64,000 nt of DNA from Octopus sinensis (taxonomy: Eukaryota). The stretch covers positions 52,948,001 through 53,012,000 of the forward strand of contig NC_043013.1 in the NCBI RefSeq assembly GCF_006345805.1, written 5' to 3'. Positions 13,653 through 27,512 of the stretch are shown one piece after another. Made by a program: the position numbers and the translations under genes. How positions within the stretch are numbered: position 1 is the first letter of the stretch; each line of letters opens with the position of its first letter. The notes beneath the pieces are model-generated. The model was not told where the DNA came from. It made no database searches and worked only from the letters and a program-made list of their open reading frames with translations.

Positions 13653-14699
13653 TATGATTATTGTATCTTCCATATTATTTTCATTTGTATTGAAAACCAA
13701 GTGATGTACTAGAATTTGTTCCGCATTATAACTTTATTGCTTTTCAAATTAAAACATCTACGACTTCTATACTTTACTCAACTCGAACCCTCATTGTCAT
13801 CATTTGCCAAATATTTCGAATTTAGTTCTCAATATTTTCCGCACAAAAAAAACTAAGCGTTCTGGTCGATATGCACGATTATACACTTGAAAAAATAAAA
13901 ACTGTCGCAGTATGGCCGCCGTCCTCTGGCTTAAAACTCTAGGAGACTCTAGAATATATACAACTGATAACTATATTAAATACATTCATACACTAACATT
14001 ATTTATCTTGTAACAGACACAGTGAGAGAGCCATTAATCAGTCTAGCATATAAACATATTGATCCTTTGCAGAATAATTCACTATTACGACAATGTTTCC
14101 AGTATATTAGCAAGGAAGTAGACAGCTCATTATATTAGTAAAATTATTACATTTCTCAAACAAAATGGCGATTTTGTTTGTAAATTCATTTACGTTAGAC
14201 GAATGTTAGAGATTGAAGACTAATTTAGATTCTGATGTCCCTTATGTTTGCAGCAATTTTTCCTCGTGATTAGAAATATCAATAAAGAATGAACAACGTC
14301 TGTGTTTACTAACCGCCCCCTCCACTCTCCAATCTAAATACGTTCACCTTCTCATATATGCGTGTGTATGCATATATACATGATATGTATATGCATGAAT
14401 GCACATACATATATACATATATAGATATGTATATTTTATGTATGTGTGTGTGTATATATATGCATATCTATATATTTATATATGTATGTATCTATAACTG
14501 TACGTTAATGTGCGTGTGCGTGTGCGTGCGACACATATACATTCTGTATATGCCAACATTATTATTTTTAGTTGTGTACATTACGAATAAAGAAAGAAAT
14601 TTGTGTGTGTTTTATTGCAATTTATTTTATTTTATTTTTTATATCTATTGTTTTCGTAGACTGATTCCGATGTTTACTTTTTTATAAAAGCATGTGTCT

Positions 14700-14759
14700 G
14701 CGTATAAATATTATCATTACCAACATTATTATTACTATTATTATTATTATTATTATTAC

Positions 14760-14808
<49 letters not shown>

Positions 14809-14900
14809 GTTGTTATTATTGTTATTATTACTATTATTTTTGTTGCTGTTGTTGTTTTTGTTGATGTGGTTGATGTTATCGTTATTATATTATCCTTTTT
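14700..14900. repeat. (ATT)n grading into (GTT)n microsatellite
   Basis: Direct reading. Confidence 0.9.
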
Positions 14901-16260
14901 ATTTATTATTATTGTTTGTTTAGTTGTTGATATTTCTATTGTTATTAATATCGTATTATTATTTATTTTATTGATGGTAGTTCAGTATTATTACCTCTTT
15001 TTCATAACTTCAGTCTCACGTGACAGTCACCATCAAACTCTCTCCTTCTCCTCCATATCATGTAATTTCAGGCTGATTTCATAAAATACCACCTTGTTCA
15101 TATTCTTTCATTTTGCATATGGCATTCACTTTCATTCCACTCGTGTCTAAATTACTGTCATTTATAACACTTTAAGCATCTCTGTTGTGGTCATTCCATT
15201 AGTCATTTGGTTGGCGCTCCGTTTACCTTCAGTTAACTTTCTCCATACCAATTGTTATTTATCAGTTACTTTTCTTAATTCAAAATTTTCTTAATGCTTC
15301 CACCGGCAAATAAACTTTTCAAAAATTCAGTACTTACTTTTTCTTTACCTATCAAGCATTTACTTTGAAGCTATTCCGCTGAATGACATTTCGTTTATCT
15401 TTAATTCTTTATTTATTCATCGTTACACATTAGAACATAAGATGTAGCATTTCCAGTTCACATTCATTCCATTATTATGCCCTCTTTTTATCAAATTATA
15501 TTAATCTATATATAGCCTGCATTCCCTTCATCTACGTTATAAGTAAAACATCATAGATTATCTCCCAATTCGCCATTACAGAATTCAAATAATTGATTGG
15601 ATAAAAGTTGTAAGAAAATAACGGAAACTTCCACATATGTTTCTCAACATTAGTGACCTGTATATAAGGGACAGAGAAAGCCCCTTCTTTTCTATAATTG
15701 CTCAAACCTCTCAAACTAATAACTTCATAATATAAACATAGTAATTTATGAAGAAGCAGAGATGAAAAAAAAAGACTAGTAGATCTACACATACTTGCGA
15801 AAATATGTAACGAATTTAACGAATATTTGTTCCAGATGTCTAAACATAAAATACATTAGTCTTATTTATAGGTGTCGCTAGGCGCAGTCGTGGCTATGAG
15901 GTAAGAAGTCTGATACCAGTAAGTTAATAAATAGTACTAAAATACCCTTATTAAACCAGAAACTAATAAAAAAAATACCTATAATTAATCATTGAAAACC
16001 TTGTTACGATTGAAGCTAAATATATAACTGTAATAAAATAATATAAAATATAAAGTATTACCCCTTACATGTAATCTGGATACACGAGGTTCAAATCAAC
16101 TATTTTCTGAAGTGTCGTAACTATTTGGTGACGTAGTGCGTAGTCCACTACTTTCTCAAATGCTTTTAACTAATTTGGTGACGTAGTACGCTATTAGTGT
16201 GACTTGTAAACAGACCAAATATGGACAGCCTACAATCTAAATCGTTAGACGTTTACAAAT

Positions 16261-16586
16261 TAAAAAAGACTCCGCCGGTTACGACGACGAGGGTCCCAGC
16301 TGATACGATCAACGGAACAGCTTGCTCGTGAAATTAACGTGCAAATGGCTGAGCATTCCACAGACACGTGTACCCTTAATGTAGTTCTCGGGGATAATCA
16401 GCGTGACACAGAGAGTGACAAGGCTGACCCTTTGAAATACAAGTACAACTCATTTTTGCCAGCTGAGTGGACTGGAGCAACGTGAAATAAAGTGTCTTGC
16501 TCAAGGACACAACGCGTCGCCGGGAATCGAACTCACAACCTTACGATCATGAGCCGAATGCCCTAACCACTAAGCCACGCGCCCTC
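16261..16586 (-). mobile_element. tRNA-derived SINE family S1, full length, 14-bp TSD
   Basis: Minus strand: A-box TGGCTTAGTGG, B-box GAGTTCGATTC, CORE-like GTGTCCTTGAGCAAGACACT, T-rich end; TSD AGACGTTTACAAAT at 16247-16260 and 16587-16600. Confidence 0.92.
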
Positions 16587-16712
16587 AGACGTTTACAAAT
16601 ATTTACTAAGCTGAAGGCTAGAAATTACACCATATTTATTTAAAATTTCCAGTCTCCCACCTAAACAGCGAATAAACGTTTTAACTAATTTTCCCATATC
16701 TATACCCTTGTT

Positions 16713-16981
16713 GTTCGCGGTCGAGTGATCGCGAGTTCGAATCTCAGACCGGGTGATGTGTGTGTTTATGAGCGAAACACCTAAGCTCCACGCGGCTCCG
16801 GCAGAAGGTAATGGCAAACTTCTGCTGACTCTTTTTCCACAACTTTCTCTCACTCTTTCCTCCTGCATCTTGCAGCTGACCTGCGACGGACCGGCGTCCC
16901 GTCCACGTCGGGAACCTATACGCACAGGGAACCGGGAAACCGACCCTAATGAGACAGGGGTGGCTCGAGAAGGAACAAATA
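16713..16981 (+). mobile_element. 5'-truncated tRNA-derived SINE family S4, 11-bp TSD
   Basis: B-box GAGTTCGAATC; CTGCGACGGACCGGCGTCCCGTCC resembles V/Meta-type SINE domains (from recall); TSD ATACCCTTGTT at 16702-16712 and 16982-16992. Confidence 0.8.
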
Positions 16982-17049
16982 ATACCCTTGTTCTACTATA
17001 TGTCTTAACAGTTTATTTATTCTTTCCCAAAATCTATTAGTTTTATTTT

Positions 17050-17990
17050 AATAGTGCATACCTGATAATCTGGCCTGAAAAAACACCATTACCTATAGAA
17101 GAAGGAATTCTGCTACTGAACCATGGAATTGATGCTACTTGGAAACCAAAATCTGTTCATATCTCATTATTATCCTTAGTCACCAAATTGACTTCTAAAT
17201 AATTAATATTCCTTATATCATTACCATTTCTGTTGGCTCACTAGGGTCTTTAAGAAAAAGGAACTTGTATGAAGAAAGGTATAGGTCCGTCAATAGGGGT
17301 ATGCAATTGCCACCCATTGGAATTCCTCTAACCTGCTCAAACACCCTACTCACAAACACTAAAAACGAATTCTTAATAATAAAACTAACCATCTCTTTCA
17401 TCGTTCTCTAATTTATATTAGTATATCCTAACAACAATTAGACAAAATAACTTTACCATTCTTTATAGATAGGCGGTGCTCCAGCATGGCCGCAGTCAAA
17501 TGACTGAAACAAGTAAAAGATAAAAGATAGATAGATTTATATCCTTTATTAAATATAATATCTAACATACCAGAAATAGCTATTTCTATACATGTAAGAT
17601 TGAAGTCTGTATACAGAGTCGAAAAATCGTAAACATACATACTCTTGACCTTAGTCGATCTTATAGTCAAAAAATAATTAAATAACGAATTGTTATAAAC
17701 TTTATCACAATATTTTCTAAAATATGTTCTAATTACTTTTAAAGTATCATTAACTAATATAGATAACTATTTATTTGTACAATTCCTAGCTCCTGCTATG
17801 AATCTACTTTTAAAAGGAATTTTATGCAGTTTCGGAATCCCCAAAAGTTTAGGGTTACTTTTATCCTTTTCTTGCACTTTAAAACCACTCAATCTTTCTA
17901 TTGTGGGTATAAGTCGATTAACTATTTTATTAACGTTTACCTGTATAACTTTGTATGTGTTATTACCTATAAACTTAAATTATTTACCTA
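17050..17990 (-). mobile_element. Penelope-like RT fragment of the DFSTLYT/GIPMG type, degenerate
   Basis: Minus-strand peptides LGIPKLHKIPFKSRFIAGARNCTNK, YDFSTLYT, QVRGIPMGGNCIPLLTDLYL, DFGFQVASIPWFSSRIPSS..QIIRYA; interrupted by an S2 SINE tail at ~17470-17530. Confidence 0.8.
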
Positions 17991-18399
17991 CTCCTACCTC
18001 CTTACCTACAACCATCATATAATATTTTTTACAAAATCCCCTGCTACTTTATCTGCTTTGAGGTTGTGTGTGTACATAAGAAATATATATATGGGTGTGA
18101 TAATGTGGACTCTTTGCCCTCTAGGTGAATTGCACAATCACCCTATTAACTGTAGATAGCGAGATCCCTATGTTTCCTTCGATTTTACTCTAAGTCCGCT
18201 TTCAGTTTGACCCACAATACAGTCTCTTTGAAATTCAGACAGTCTCAAGGCTTCTTCTGTACGTGCCACGATTAAAAAGTCACATATAGAGCCTGAAACA
18301 TAAGGATGTGAATTAATAAAAAAAAACACCATTTCAAGTTAAAATAAGCATAAAAACGATGTCTTATGGAGTTTCTAGTTACTTCTGTCATGTCTTGGC

Positions 18400-18570
18400 G
18401 ATTATATTTCTTCCGTCTTCTTTTTCTATTGGACGTTCCTCTGTTTCTGCTTTGCTCGAAACGTAAAACCACTTTTGTTTCCTTCACTAATACTTTACAT
18501 GTACCACGTCCTCGCGTTGTTATCTTTTTTTTTTGTTAGTTTGTTCTTTCATTTTGGATTTACTATTTGA
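18400..18570 (+). mobile_element. Family P2 pLTR-like element with internally deleted HHR motif
   Basis: Aligns with the reverse complement of 48470-48680 (GGCGATTAT..TCCGTCTTC..ATTGGAC; GCTCGAAACGTAAAA; CTAATACTTTACATGT); core CTGANGA missing. Confidence 0.65.
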
Positions 18571-18578
18571 TATATATT

Positions 18579-18738
18579 ACGGGCTACTTTCAGTTTCTGT
18601 CTTCCAAATCCACACGTAAGACTCTGTTCGGACCGAGTCTATAGTAGAAAACATTCGCGCAATGTGCCGCACAGTGCGACTGAACCCGGAGCGATGTGTT
18701 TAGGAAACAAACTACTAAGGACACAGCGACGCCTGCAC
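18579..18738 (-). mobile_element. SINE S2 5' half, diverged
   Basis: ACGGGCTACTTTCAGTTTCTGTC..CTATAGTAGAA..GACTGAACCCGG matches the S2 reverse complement. Confidence 0.7.
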
Positions 18739-19258
18739 CTATTACTTTTTTTCTCAAAAATGCAGTTCATAATTTTGTTGAAAACGTCAGCAGGTAGGAT
18801 GTTACGCATTCCACCAAAATTGATTATCAACCCTGGAGTAGAGAAAAAAATTGTATATAACTGAAACAAATAAAAGAATAAAAGAATAGAAGAAACAAAG
18901 AATGAAAGAACAAAAGAATGAAAGACTGCATTACTCAACTGCTCAATCTACTTATAAATAGCGATCCACTGTTATTGATTGAATGATATTCATAATGAAC
19001 AGCGCTAATGTTTGAAAACTTAACGCTATTATTTGACAAAACGTGGACCGTTGTAATGTTTTATATTCTTAATTCGCACTCATGCCGAGAACTAGTTCCC
19101 CATAAAATATTCTACATGTATAAGATATAAATATAACTAAGTATTACACACACACACACACACACATACATACACACACATATATATATGAATATATATA
19201 ATATAAATATATATAATATAAATATATATGTATATGCATGTATATATATATATATATA

Positions 19259-19303
<45 letters not shown>

Positions 19304-19405
19304 GATTATGATATATATATATGATATATATATTATATATACATACGTAGATAAATGCAACTTATTGAAAAAATGAAAGACAAAAATATATATATTTATA
19401 TACGT

Positions 19406-19439
<34 letters not shown>

Positions 19440-20168
19440 TATATATATATATATATATATGAAGAGAGATTAGGAAAACGACAGAAATAATTCTCGGTTT
19501 AGATCGACAACGGAATATTAGAATATTAGAACCTCTGCTAAATGAAGGTAGCAGAGTAAAATTGGGAATGATGATAAAGCTACGTGATTGGGTGGCGGTT
19601 AAATTTAACAAAATCGGAAGATAAGATTTCAAAAGTTCTAAATAGAAAGCGTATAGAAATGTTAAAGAATGCGTTGTAGGTGACGAAGAAGAGATAGACT
19701 GAAAGAAAGGAGAGGAGAAAGGAAAGAAAATATGAAAGGAAAAGAGATGACAATTGATGAAAGAAAGCTATTTATTGTGTAATGAATGACTGCCGAACAA
19801 TTTCGATAAGGGATGATTAGAGGAAGTTGAATTGGTGAAGATAAACTTTAGGGTGTGCGGAAATTATTGGTGTAAAAGTATGTATATGTGTGTCAAATTG
19901 TGTACCAACGTGTTGGGTGGGGTGGGCGAAATAATTATGTGTTTCTGAGAGGGCGGCGGTGGGGTGTCAAACAGTGTACGCTTTCAGTTTACATCTGTGT
20001 TAGTTCATAAATGAAACGCATTAATATATGTTTGTGCAATACACATATATAATCATAAATATACGCACATACATATACACATCTGGATTCATGCATTTGC
20101 GCAACACATGAACAAATTTAAATATATACGTGTATACATGCAAACATATACGTATAATACACACGCTC

Positions 20169-20199
<31 letters not shown>

Positions 20200-21019
20200 G
20201 TGTGTATGTATGTGTGTGAATGGAGAGCGGGAGGTGACAGATATGTCGAGATAGATAGACAGATAGATAAACTGATTGTTGACACACATACATAAATAGG
20301 TATATACAAATGAATATATTATATATATATCTGCATACACATTCAGATATATGTAAATATGTGTGTATGTGTGTTTGTATGTGTGCATGCGTGCGTGCGT
20401 GCGATGTATGATTGTGTGTACATGCGGGCGTGTAGATGCGTGCATATGCGTATAAGGAATAAACATTTTTCTGAATACGGTAGACAAATAAATCGAAGTT
20501 GATAGAAAAAGTTACAAGGAACACAAAGACAATATCGTATATGGCAGGAAAAAATATACGATCGAAAAAGGAAAGGAAATATGCCAAATATCTGATAGAT
20601 CAAAAAAGGCTATGTTTCTAAATATAAGGAAATATAGAATAATGATAAATTTAATGAAATAATAATAATTATTATAAGAAATATAAGACACGAGGATTAT
20701 GTAACGCGGATAAAAACAGAGACACATTGTGAAATGCAGAATTATCAAGACTGGAATCAAAGGAAACGCTTAAATTTATAAAATATAATATAGATATAAG
20801 AAATAGAAAGTTTTGAGAGAAAATGTAAGATAAAATATAAAGTAAAATGGTGGAAGGCTAAATTTAGTACGCGTGGTGATCAATTGCAGTATATTATTGG
20901 AATTAAAGAAACAAAGGACAAGGCTTTGATCGTATTTTTGCTTTAAGACAAACGGTTAATATTACGCTGGTGAATTATTTGTTGATGATGTTATTAGCAA
21001 TAACAATGGCAACAACATC

Positions 21020-21028
21020 TGTAGCCGT

Positions 21029-21081
<53 letters not shown>

Positions 21082-21135
21082 TAATAATAATGATAATAAT
21101 AAAATAATAATAATAATAATAATAATATAATAATA

Positions 21136-21208
<73 letters not shown>

Positions 21209-21356
21209 AAGAGAAGAAGAAGAAGAAGAAGGAGGAGAAGAAGAAGATGAAGGAGAAGGAGAAGAAGAAGAGGAAGACGAAGTAGAAGTAGAAGCGGAAT
21301 AGTCTCGATGCTGGGAATTTTCTCCAACAATCTAATCTGTTGTGTGTAAATTAAGC

Positions 21357-21415
<59 letters not shown>

Positions 21416-21425
21416 TAATAATAAT
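21020..21425. repeat. (AAT)n-(GAA)n compound tract and a second (AAT)n tract
   Basis: Direct reading. Confidence 0.9.
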
Positions 21426-21739
21426 AATAATGATATGAACCACATATGGCAGGTTATGGTACTGCAGCACACTGTTTCAAAATTCTGCAATTCATCCACA
21501 AACAATTTTTTGATCCAACGAATATGATTCTATATGTTCGATATGCACGTGAGAAATAGCAGCCATATCTTCCTCAAATTTAAGAAAGAGGGCAATTTTT
21601 GTTAACCTTGTTTTTAATATTAAGTAGGTGAAAAATAGAGTGGATGATCACGGGTGGAACAAACTTGATCATAGTTTTTCCTTTGATAAGGATAGCTTCT
21701 GAGAGAATTATTAACAATTATGAGGTCTAATATCTTAAA

Positions 21740-21870
21740 ATATGCGAAGGTTTGAGGGAAGGAGGCACGTCGATTATATCAACCCTAACTGCTTGACGCG
21801 TACGTTTTTTATCGTACCTGAAAGGATAGAAATTAAAGATGACTGCGGTAGGATTCGAACTGAGAGCATC
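21740..21870 (-). mobile_element. Degenerate SINE S3 fragment
   Basis: GTCGATTATATCAACC..TTTTATCG..GAAAGGAT..GGATTCGAACT resembles the S3 reverse complement. Confidence 0.45.
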
Positions 21871-21899
21871 AGTAAATTTAATGTGTGTATGTGTGTGTT

Positions 21900-21904
<5 letters not shown>

Positions 21905-21930
<26 letters not shown>

Positions 21931-21951
21931 TTGTTTGTGTGTGTGTGTGTT

Positions 21952-22045
<94 letters not shown>
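21905..22045. repeat. (TG)n microsatellite
   Basis: Direct reading. Confidence 0.95.
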
Positions 22046-22047
<2 letters not shown>

Positions 22048-23064
22048 ACATGTACTACAGTTCTATCCTTTGTTTCATGGAAAATGCTTATTAAGTGAAT
22101 AAACCGAATCCGTAGCCAGAACGACTCTCACAGAATCATTAACTCTCCTCATTGAAATACCGTTATTCTTACAACCACCTTTCTATCTCACAGAATTATT
22201 TCTTTCCACCATTTTTTGAAATAATATGGTGCTTTATCGTCTCAATATTCCGTTTCTTTTGTTTATGAACTTTGCTTGCAATATCACACCATGTTTGGAA
22301 TATTTTTGTTACGACTTTCAATAACAAATCGTTTTCGTCAATAATAACTCTTCTTCCTACATTTTTCCGACGCCATTTTCTTCTCATCAGGTAATATTAC
22401 ATTATTATATTCCAGGTGAGTAGGCCGCCTGTAGAAAAAATGTAAACCTTGATAAGCAGCTTGTAAGTTTGTAGTTTCTTTTTAATTTCATTATATTTTA
22501 TTATTTAGCAGTTTCTATTGTTTTATTGCGTATTAAATATACATCTACCTAATAAACAAGTATCGTGAGTTTCCGCTTTTTTGTTAAATATTCAGTGAAA
22601 CCTTGTTGCAACAACTTCATATTCATCAATTCAATGCTTTAAAACAGCTTCTTATTTATTAAAACAGTTAGTGGCAGAAACATTACGACATTGTACAGAA
22701 TGATTTTCATTTTTTGTTCTTGATCTTTACGTGTTGAAATCAAATCTGATTAAAGTGAAACTTTCCTTTTCAATTCCCTCGGTGTCAATAAAGTAACAGC
22801 CATGCAATTGAGTCGATCATATCGACTGAAACCACGTCTCTAAAACCTTTCAAAATTTACTAGACTTATGACTAATGATTATCACATTTAGTTGATTAAT
22901 GTGAATATTACATATTGGTTTATAACCACGTTGTTTTTCCTTCTTGTTAATTATCAAACTTTACCAAGAGACTTTAGCCGGAAAATACCTTTCTAAGAAT
23001 TTGAGCTTTTTCTAAAGTATTTGGATTACTGTGACGTCTGTTTGGATGTCCAGCCGCTTTAGAT

Positions 23065-23490
23065 AGTAGCCAGAGACAATATCATCTATTGTTTCTTCTC
23101 CATCACCACACACTTGGCATTTAGACGTTATGTTGATTTTCATTATGTGTTTTCTGGTGGGAACGTTTTGATTTATGCTGCAATGAAAAATCCTTCAGGC
23201 TCTGCTTTGAATCCTGAGTTTTTCAGCCATTGGAGGGATTTTCCTTTGTCCATTTCTCTTCTATTTTACTTACCCCAATATTTTGCCATTCGGAGGCTGT
23301 TCTTGCCATCGTTTTATCATGATAACTTGCTCTTCCAGATTTAGTTTGCATTTCAGTTATTTTACAGCTTTTGTAAGTAGTATGACTTCCTTTTAGTAAT
23401 TTTCAGCTTCCTTAAAGAGAGAAAACAGTCTTCCTTCCTCATGAAGTTGGTATTTCTGTAATCCTATGGTAGTTATTTTATAATAGTTAT
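23065..23490 (-). mobile_element. R4/Dong-clade non-LTR fragment (same family as 35675-36867)
   Basis: Minus peptides YYKITTIGLQKY, KSLQWLKNSGFKAEPEGFFIAA, KHIMKINITSKCQVCGDGEETID. Confidence 0.8.
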
Positions 23491-23515
23491 TTTATAATAG
23501 TGCGTAACTGCGATT

Positions 23516-23612
23516 TGTTTAATCGACCCGGAAAAGATGAAAGGCAAAGTCGACCTCGGCTGAGTTTGAACTCAGAACGTAAAGACAGACGAAATACCGC
23601 TAAGCTCGCCAT
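23516..23612 (-). mobile_element. SINE S3 partial
   Basis: ATCGACCCGGAAAAGATGAAAGGCAAAGTCGACCTCGGC..GAACTCAGAACGTAA matches S3. Confidence 0.85.
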
Positions 23613-23896
23613 CTTTGAAGCAGAATGTATATTGACATTAGAAGATTAGCCGGATATTTCGATTTTGTAAATAAGATTCTATGCAAAGAAGAAACGCCAT
23701 TATAGAATAATCTCGAAAATTAGTGAAAATAGTGAAAGAGAAATTTAAATGTTGCGAGGTGTGGAAAATATATGCATAAGCGTAAAAAGTAAATATTTGC
23801 ATAGTTACATGTATATAAACATACATATATCTTTATGTGTAAATATATTTACAGGCACGCGCAAACACGCGCGCGCGCACACACACAGACAGACAT

Positions 23897-23947
<51 letters not shown>

Positions 23948-24464
23948 CATACATTGATATATATATCTGTATACATGCATACGTATATATATATGTATAT
24001 ATATATATATATATATATGTATATACATGTGTGTGTGTGTGTGTGTGCCTATGAATACACACAGACGCTTATATGTATGTATGCATTGTTATAATTTGAG
24101 TTCATTTTGAATTTATCTCTTTTTGGTTATATTAATAACTTTGTCTTGGCATACATCTTCGCGTATATCGGTTCGCCTGCTATTTTCTACCCTTTCTCTA
24201 TAACTACATATATTGGTACACTAGAAATAATTGTCCATCATGTACTGTGTAATCACTAGTTAAAGATGAGATTCTCCATTGATGTTGTTACATAATCTGG
24301 GTTTCTTGAAATTCTTCCAAGCGATATCGGGATTTACTTATCATGAAAGAGGATGTTAGTTCCATTCCAATTTATTGATGTCTCGTTGCTTAATATAGTT
24401 AAAACCAAGCTCATTTAACGCGGTTTTCTAGATATCAGCCTGGTGTATTAATCCTTTTTACCTC

Positions 24465-24469
24465 ATGTG

Positions 24470-24556
<87 letters not shown>

Positions 24557-24560
24557 AATA

Positions 24561-24609
<49 letters not shown>

Positions 24610-24715
24610 CTTTATCTCTCAATCTATCTATCTATCTATCAATCTATCTATCTATCTATCTCATTTTCTCTCTCTCTCTATCTATCTATCTATCTCTTTC
24701 TCTGTCTGTCTGTCT
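24465..24715. repeat. (TATC)n compound microsatellite
   Basis: Direct reading. Confidence 0.95.
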
Positions 24716-24898
24716 CTCAATATAATCTCAAGAGTAATCAGCCGAAATTGTGACGATAATCTGGTGCTTGACTGAGGAGAGAGGGTTTTGAATGACCCGT
24801 CCTTGATTTTTTGGATCGCCAATCTGGATGATTTGTTGTCTCTTTTTGTATCACCTAGCTGTCCAGATTTTTTGCGTTCTTATCCCATTTTATATTTT

Positions 24899-24932
<34 letters not shown>

Positions 24933-24959
24933 GTAGGTCCCGGATTGAGTCGGGGTTAA

Positions 24960-25110
24960 CCACAGTAAATAAGGTACTCAATACATAGCAGAGTAAATTA
25001 ATTTATTTTATAGAAGGAGCTTCTACAGGACTAGAACTGTTTCATTCAAAAGAAATCATCAGGAAGCTAGTAGACAAGAGTTGTTTTGGCATTTATACAT
25101 TTAGGCAGGT
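24960..25110 (-). mobile_element. Possible PLE pLTR remnant with degenerate HHR-like motif at ~25040-25080
   Basis: Minus strand CTGATGA-T-TTC tttt GAA-T-GAAACAGTT; stem I not in register. Confidence 0.3.
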
Positions 25111-25299
25111 TTAAATGGGTGGTGGTGGGGGACTTTTCTGGGGGTAGCCATAGCGCAAAACTGTCATTATTAGGGGAGTGGTCAAAGGAATCGGTGGTAA
25201 AGTAGATAAAAGAATAAATAAAAGAATAAAAAAATAAAAAAATAAAAAAATATAAATAGAAAAGTAGAGTTTTAGATAAGTGGGGAGACTCTCACTTGT

Positions 25300-26002
25300 A
25301 CATCTACATATATATATACATACACATATACACACCCGCATATTCACATATATCTATACATATACATACATACCCACATATACATACATACATATATACA
25401 TACATACGTACACGTACACATACATACACATATATACATATATCTACATATATCTACACATACCAATGTACGTACACACAGATACACATAAACATACACA
25501 TACATACACATATGTGTACCCACTCGCACATATATATACAAATGCATATACATGCGCGCACATACACACACAATTTTATTCTCTTATTTTAATTTTATTA
25601 ACTACTTTTGTTTATATCTTTATTTTTATCTTGACCGGTCAGCTTGTCCCAAGGGATCTCTAAAGATTATGTTTTTCTATCTACTTACTGATACGAACGC
25701 AAGCACTCACTGACGCCCGCACATTCACACGTACACACCCGCACGAGTTATATTCATACACGCCTACATCTACATACATTCACGTATATTCACATACACG
25801 CATACACATGCATACCTCAACACACCCACAGAAGACTAGTCCATACATATACACTAATTAATATATATACACATATACATGTACACATACATACACATAC
25901 ATACATATACATACACATATACATATATATATATATATACATGTATATCCATATACATATACATACACATATACATTCATACATATATACACATACACAC
26001 AT

Positions 26003-26038
<36 letters not shown>

Positions 26039-26455
26039 CTATATATATATATATAAAACGGGAAGCTTTATGAAAATATATATATATACATACATATACA
26101 CACATAATACATGCGTCACATGCACACACACACACACGCGCATCTATATATACACATAAGTACATACATGCATAAATGCATACATATGTCTATACATATG
26201 CATACACATCCACACACACACGCGCCTCCTTATGTTCATAAAAACATACATGCATACTGGCATATACATAATAGACTACATGCATACTCAAATAATACTA
26301 ATATAATAATAATAAATATATATACGTGCAGTTACCCATTATTCAAACGGATACCTACATATAACATACCCATATATACCTATTTACACATATGTATATA
26401 TACATACACACACCACATAACTCTACATACCTACATATACATAAACACACAAGCG

Positions 26456-26496
<41 letters not shown>

Positions 26497-26950
26497 ATAC
26501 ATATATATATATATATTATATATATATCTATATATAGACACATATACATACACACATATATACATACACATCCATGTACACATACACACATACACATATA
26601 CACACACATACACACACACATATATATACATTTACACACACATTTTTACACACATATATATATATATATACACACATACACCTACACACACATACACATA
26701 TATATACATATATATATACATATATATACATATATACATACACATGTGCATATATACACATATATATATACATATATACACATACATACACACAAGCACA
26801 TACATGCATAAATATATACATATATACACACACACATATATACACATACATACACATACACATACATACATACATATACATACATACATCACACACACAC
26901 ATACAACATACATACACTAAAGAAATATATATATATTTATATATATATAT
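25300..26950. repeat. Long degenerate (CA/TA/CATA)n low-complexity region
   Basis: Direct reading; source of many Tyr/Ile/His/Thr pseudo-ORFs. Confidence 0.9.
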
Positions 26951-26965
26951 ATATAGTATATAATT

Positions 26966-27190
26966 CCTTACTGCCCTCAAGGGGCTAAACATAGAGAGGA
27001 CAAACAAGGGCAGACAAAGGGATTAAGTTCGATTACATCGACCCAGTGCAAAACTGGTACTTTATTTATCGACCCCGAGAGGATGAAAGGCAAAGTCGAC
27101 CTCGGCGGAGTTTGAACTCAGAACGTAACGGCAGACGAAATACAGCTAACGCATTTCACCCGCGTGCTAACGATTCTGCCAGCTCTCCGG
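26966..27190 (-). mobile_element. SINE S3, near full length, tail type A
   Basis: Reverse complement of 61338-61572, including the CCCCTTG.GGGCAGTAAGGAAT tail and the CTGGCAGAATCGTTAGCACG head. Confidence 0.9.
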
Positions 27191-27196
27191 CTATCT

Positions 27197-27506
<310 letters not shown>

Positions 27507-27512
27507 GCCGCA

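Noticed and set aside
15090-15540. Possible very old R4/Dong fragment on the minus strand
   Set aside because: Only vague resemblance (WRKLTEGK-like); no diagnostic motif survives.
16118-16190. Two ~23-bp direct repeats containing TGACGT (CRE-like)
   Set aside because: No linked gene; a simple local duplication explains it.
16500-16586. tRNA-like sequences (also 46750-46820 and 61338-61430)
   Set aside because: A/B boxes are present but there is no complete cloverleaf, and each continues into a SINE body; treated as SINE heads, not tRNA genes.
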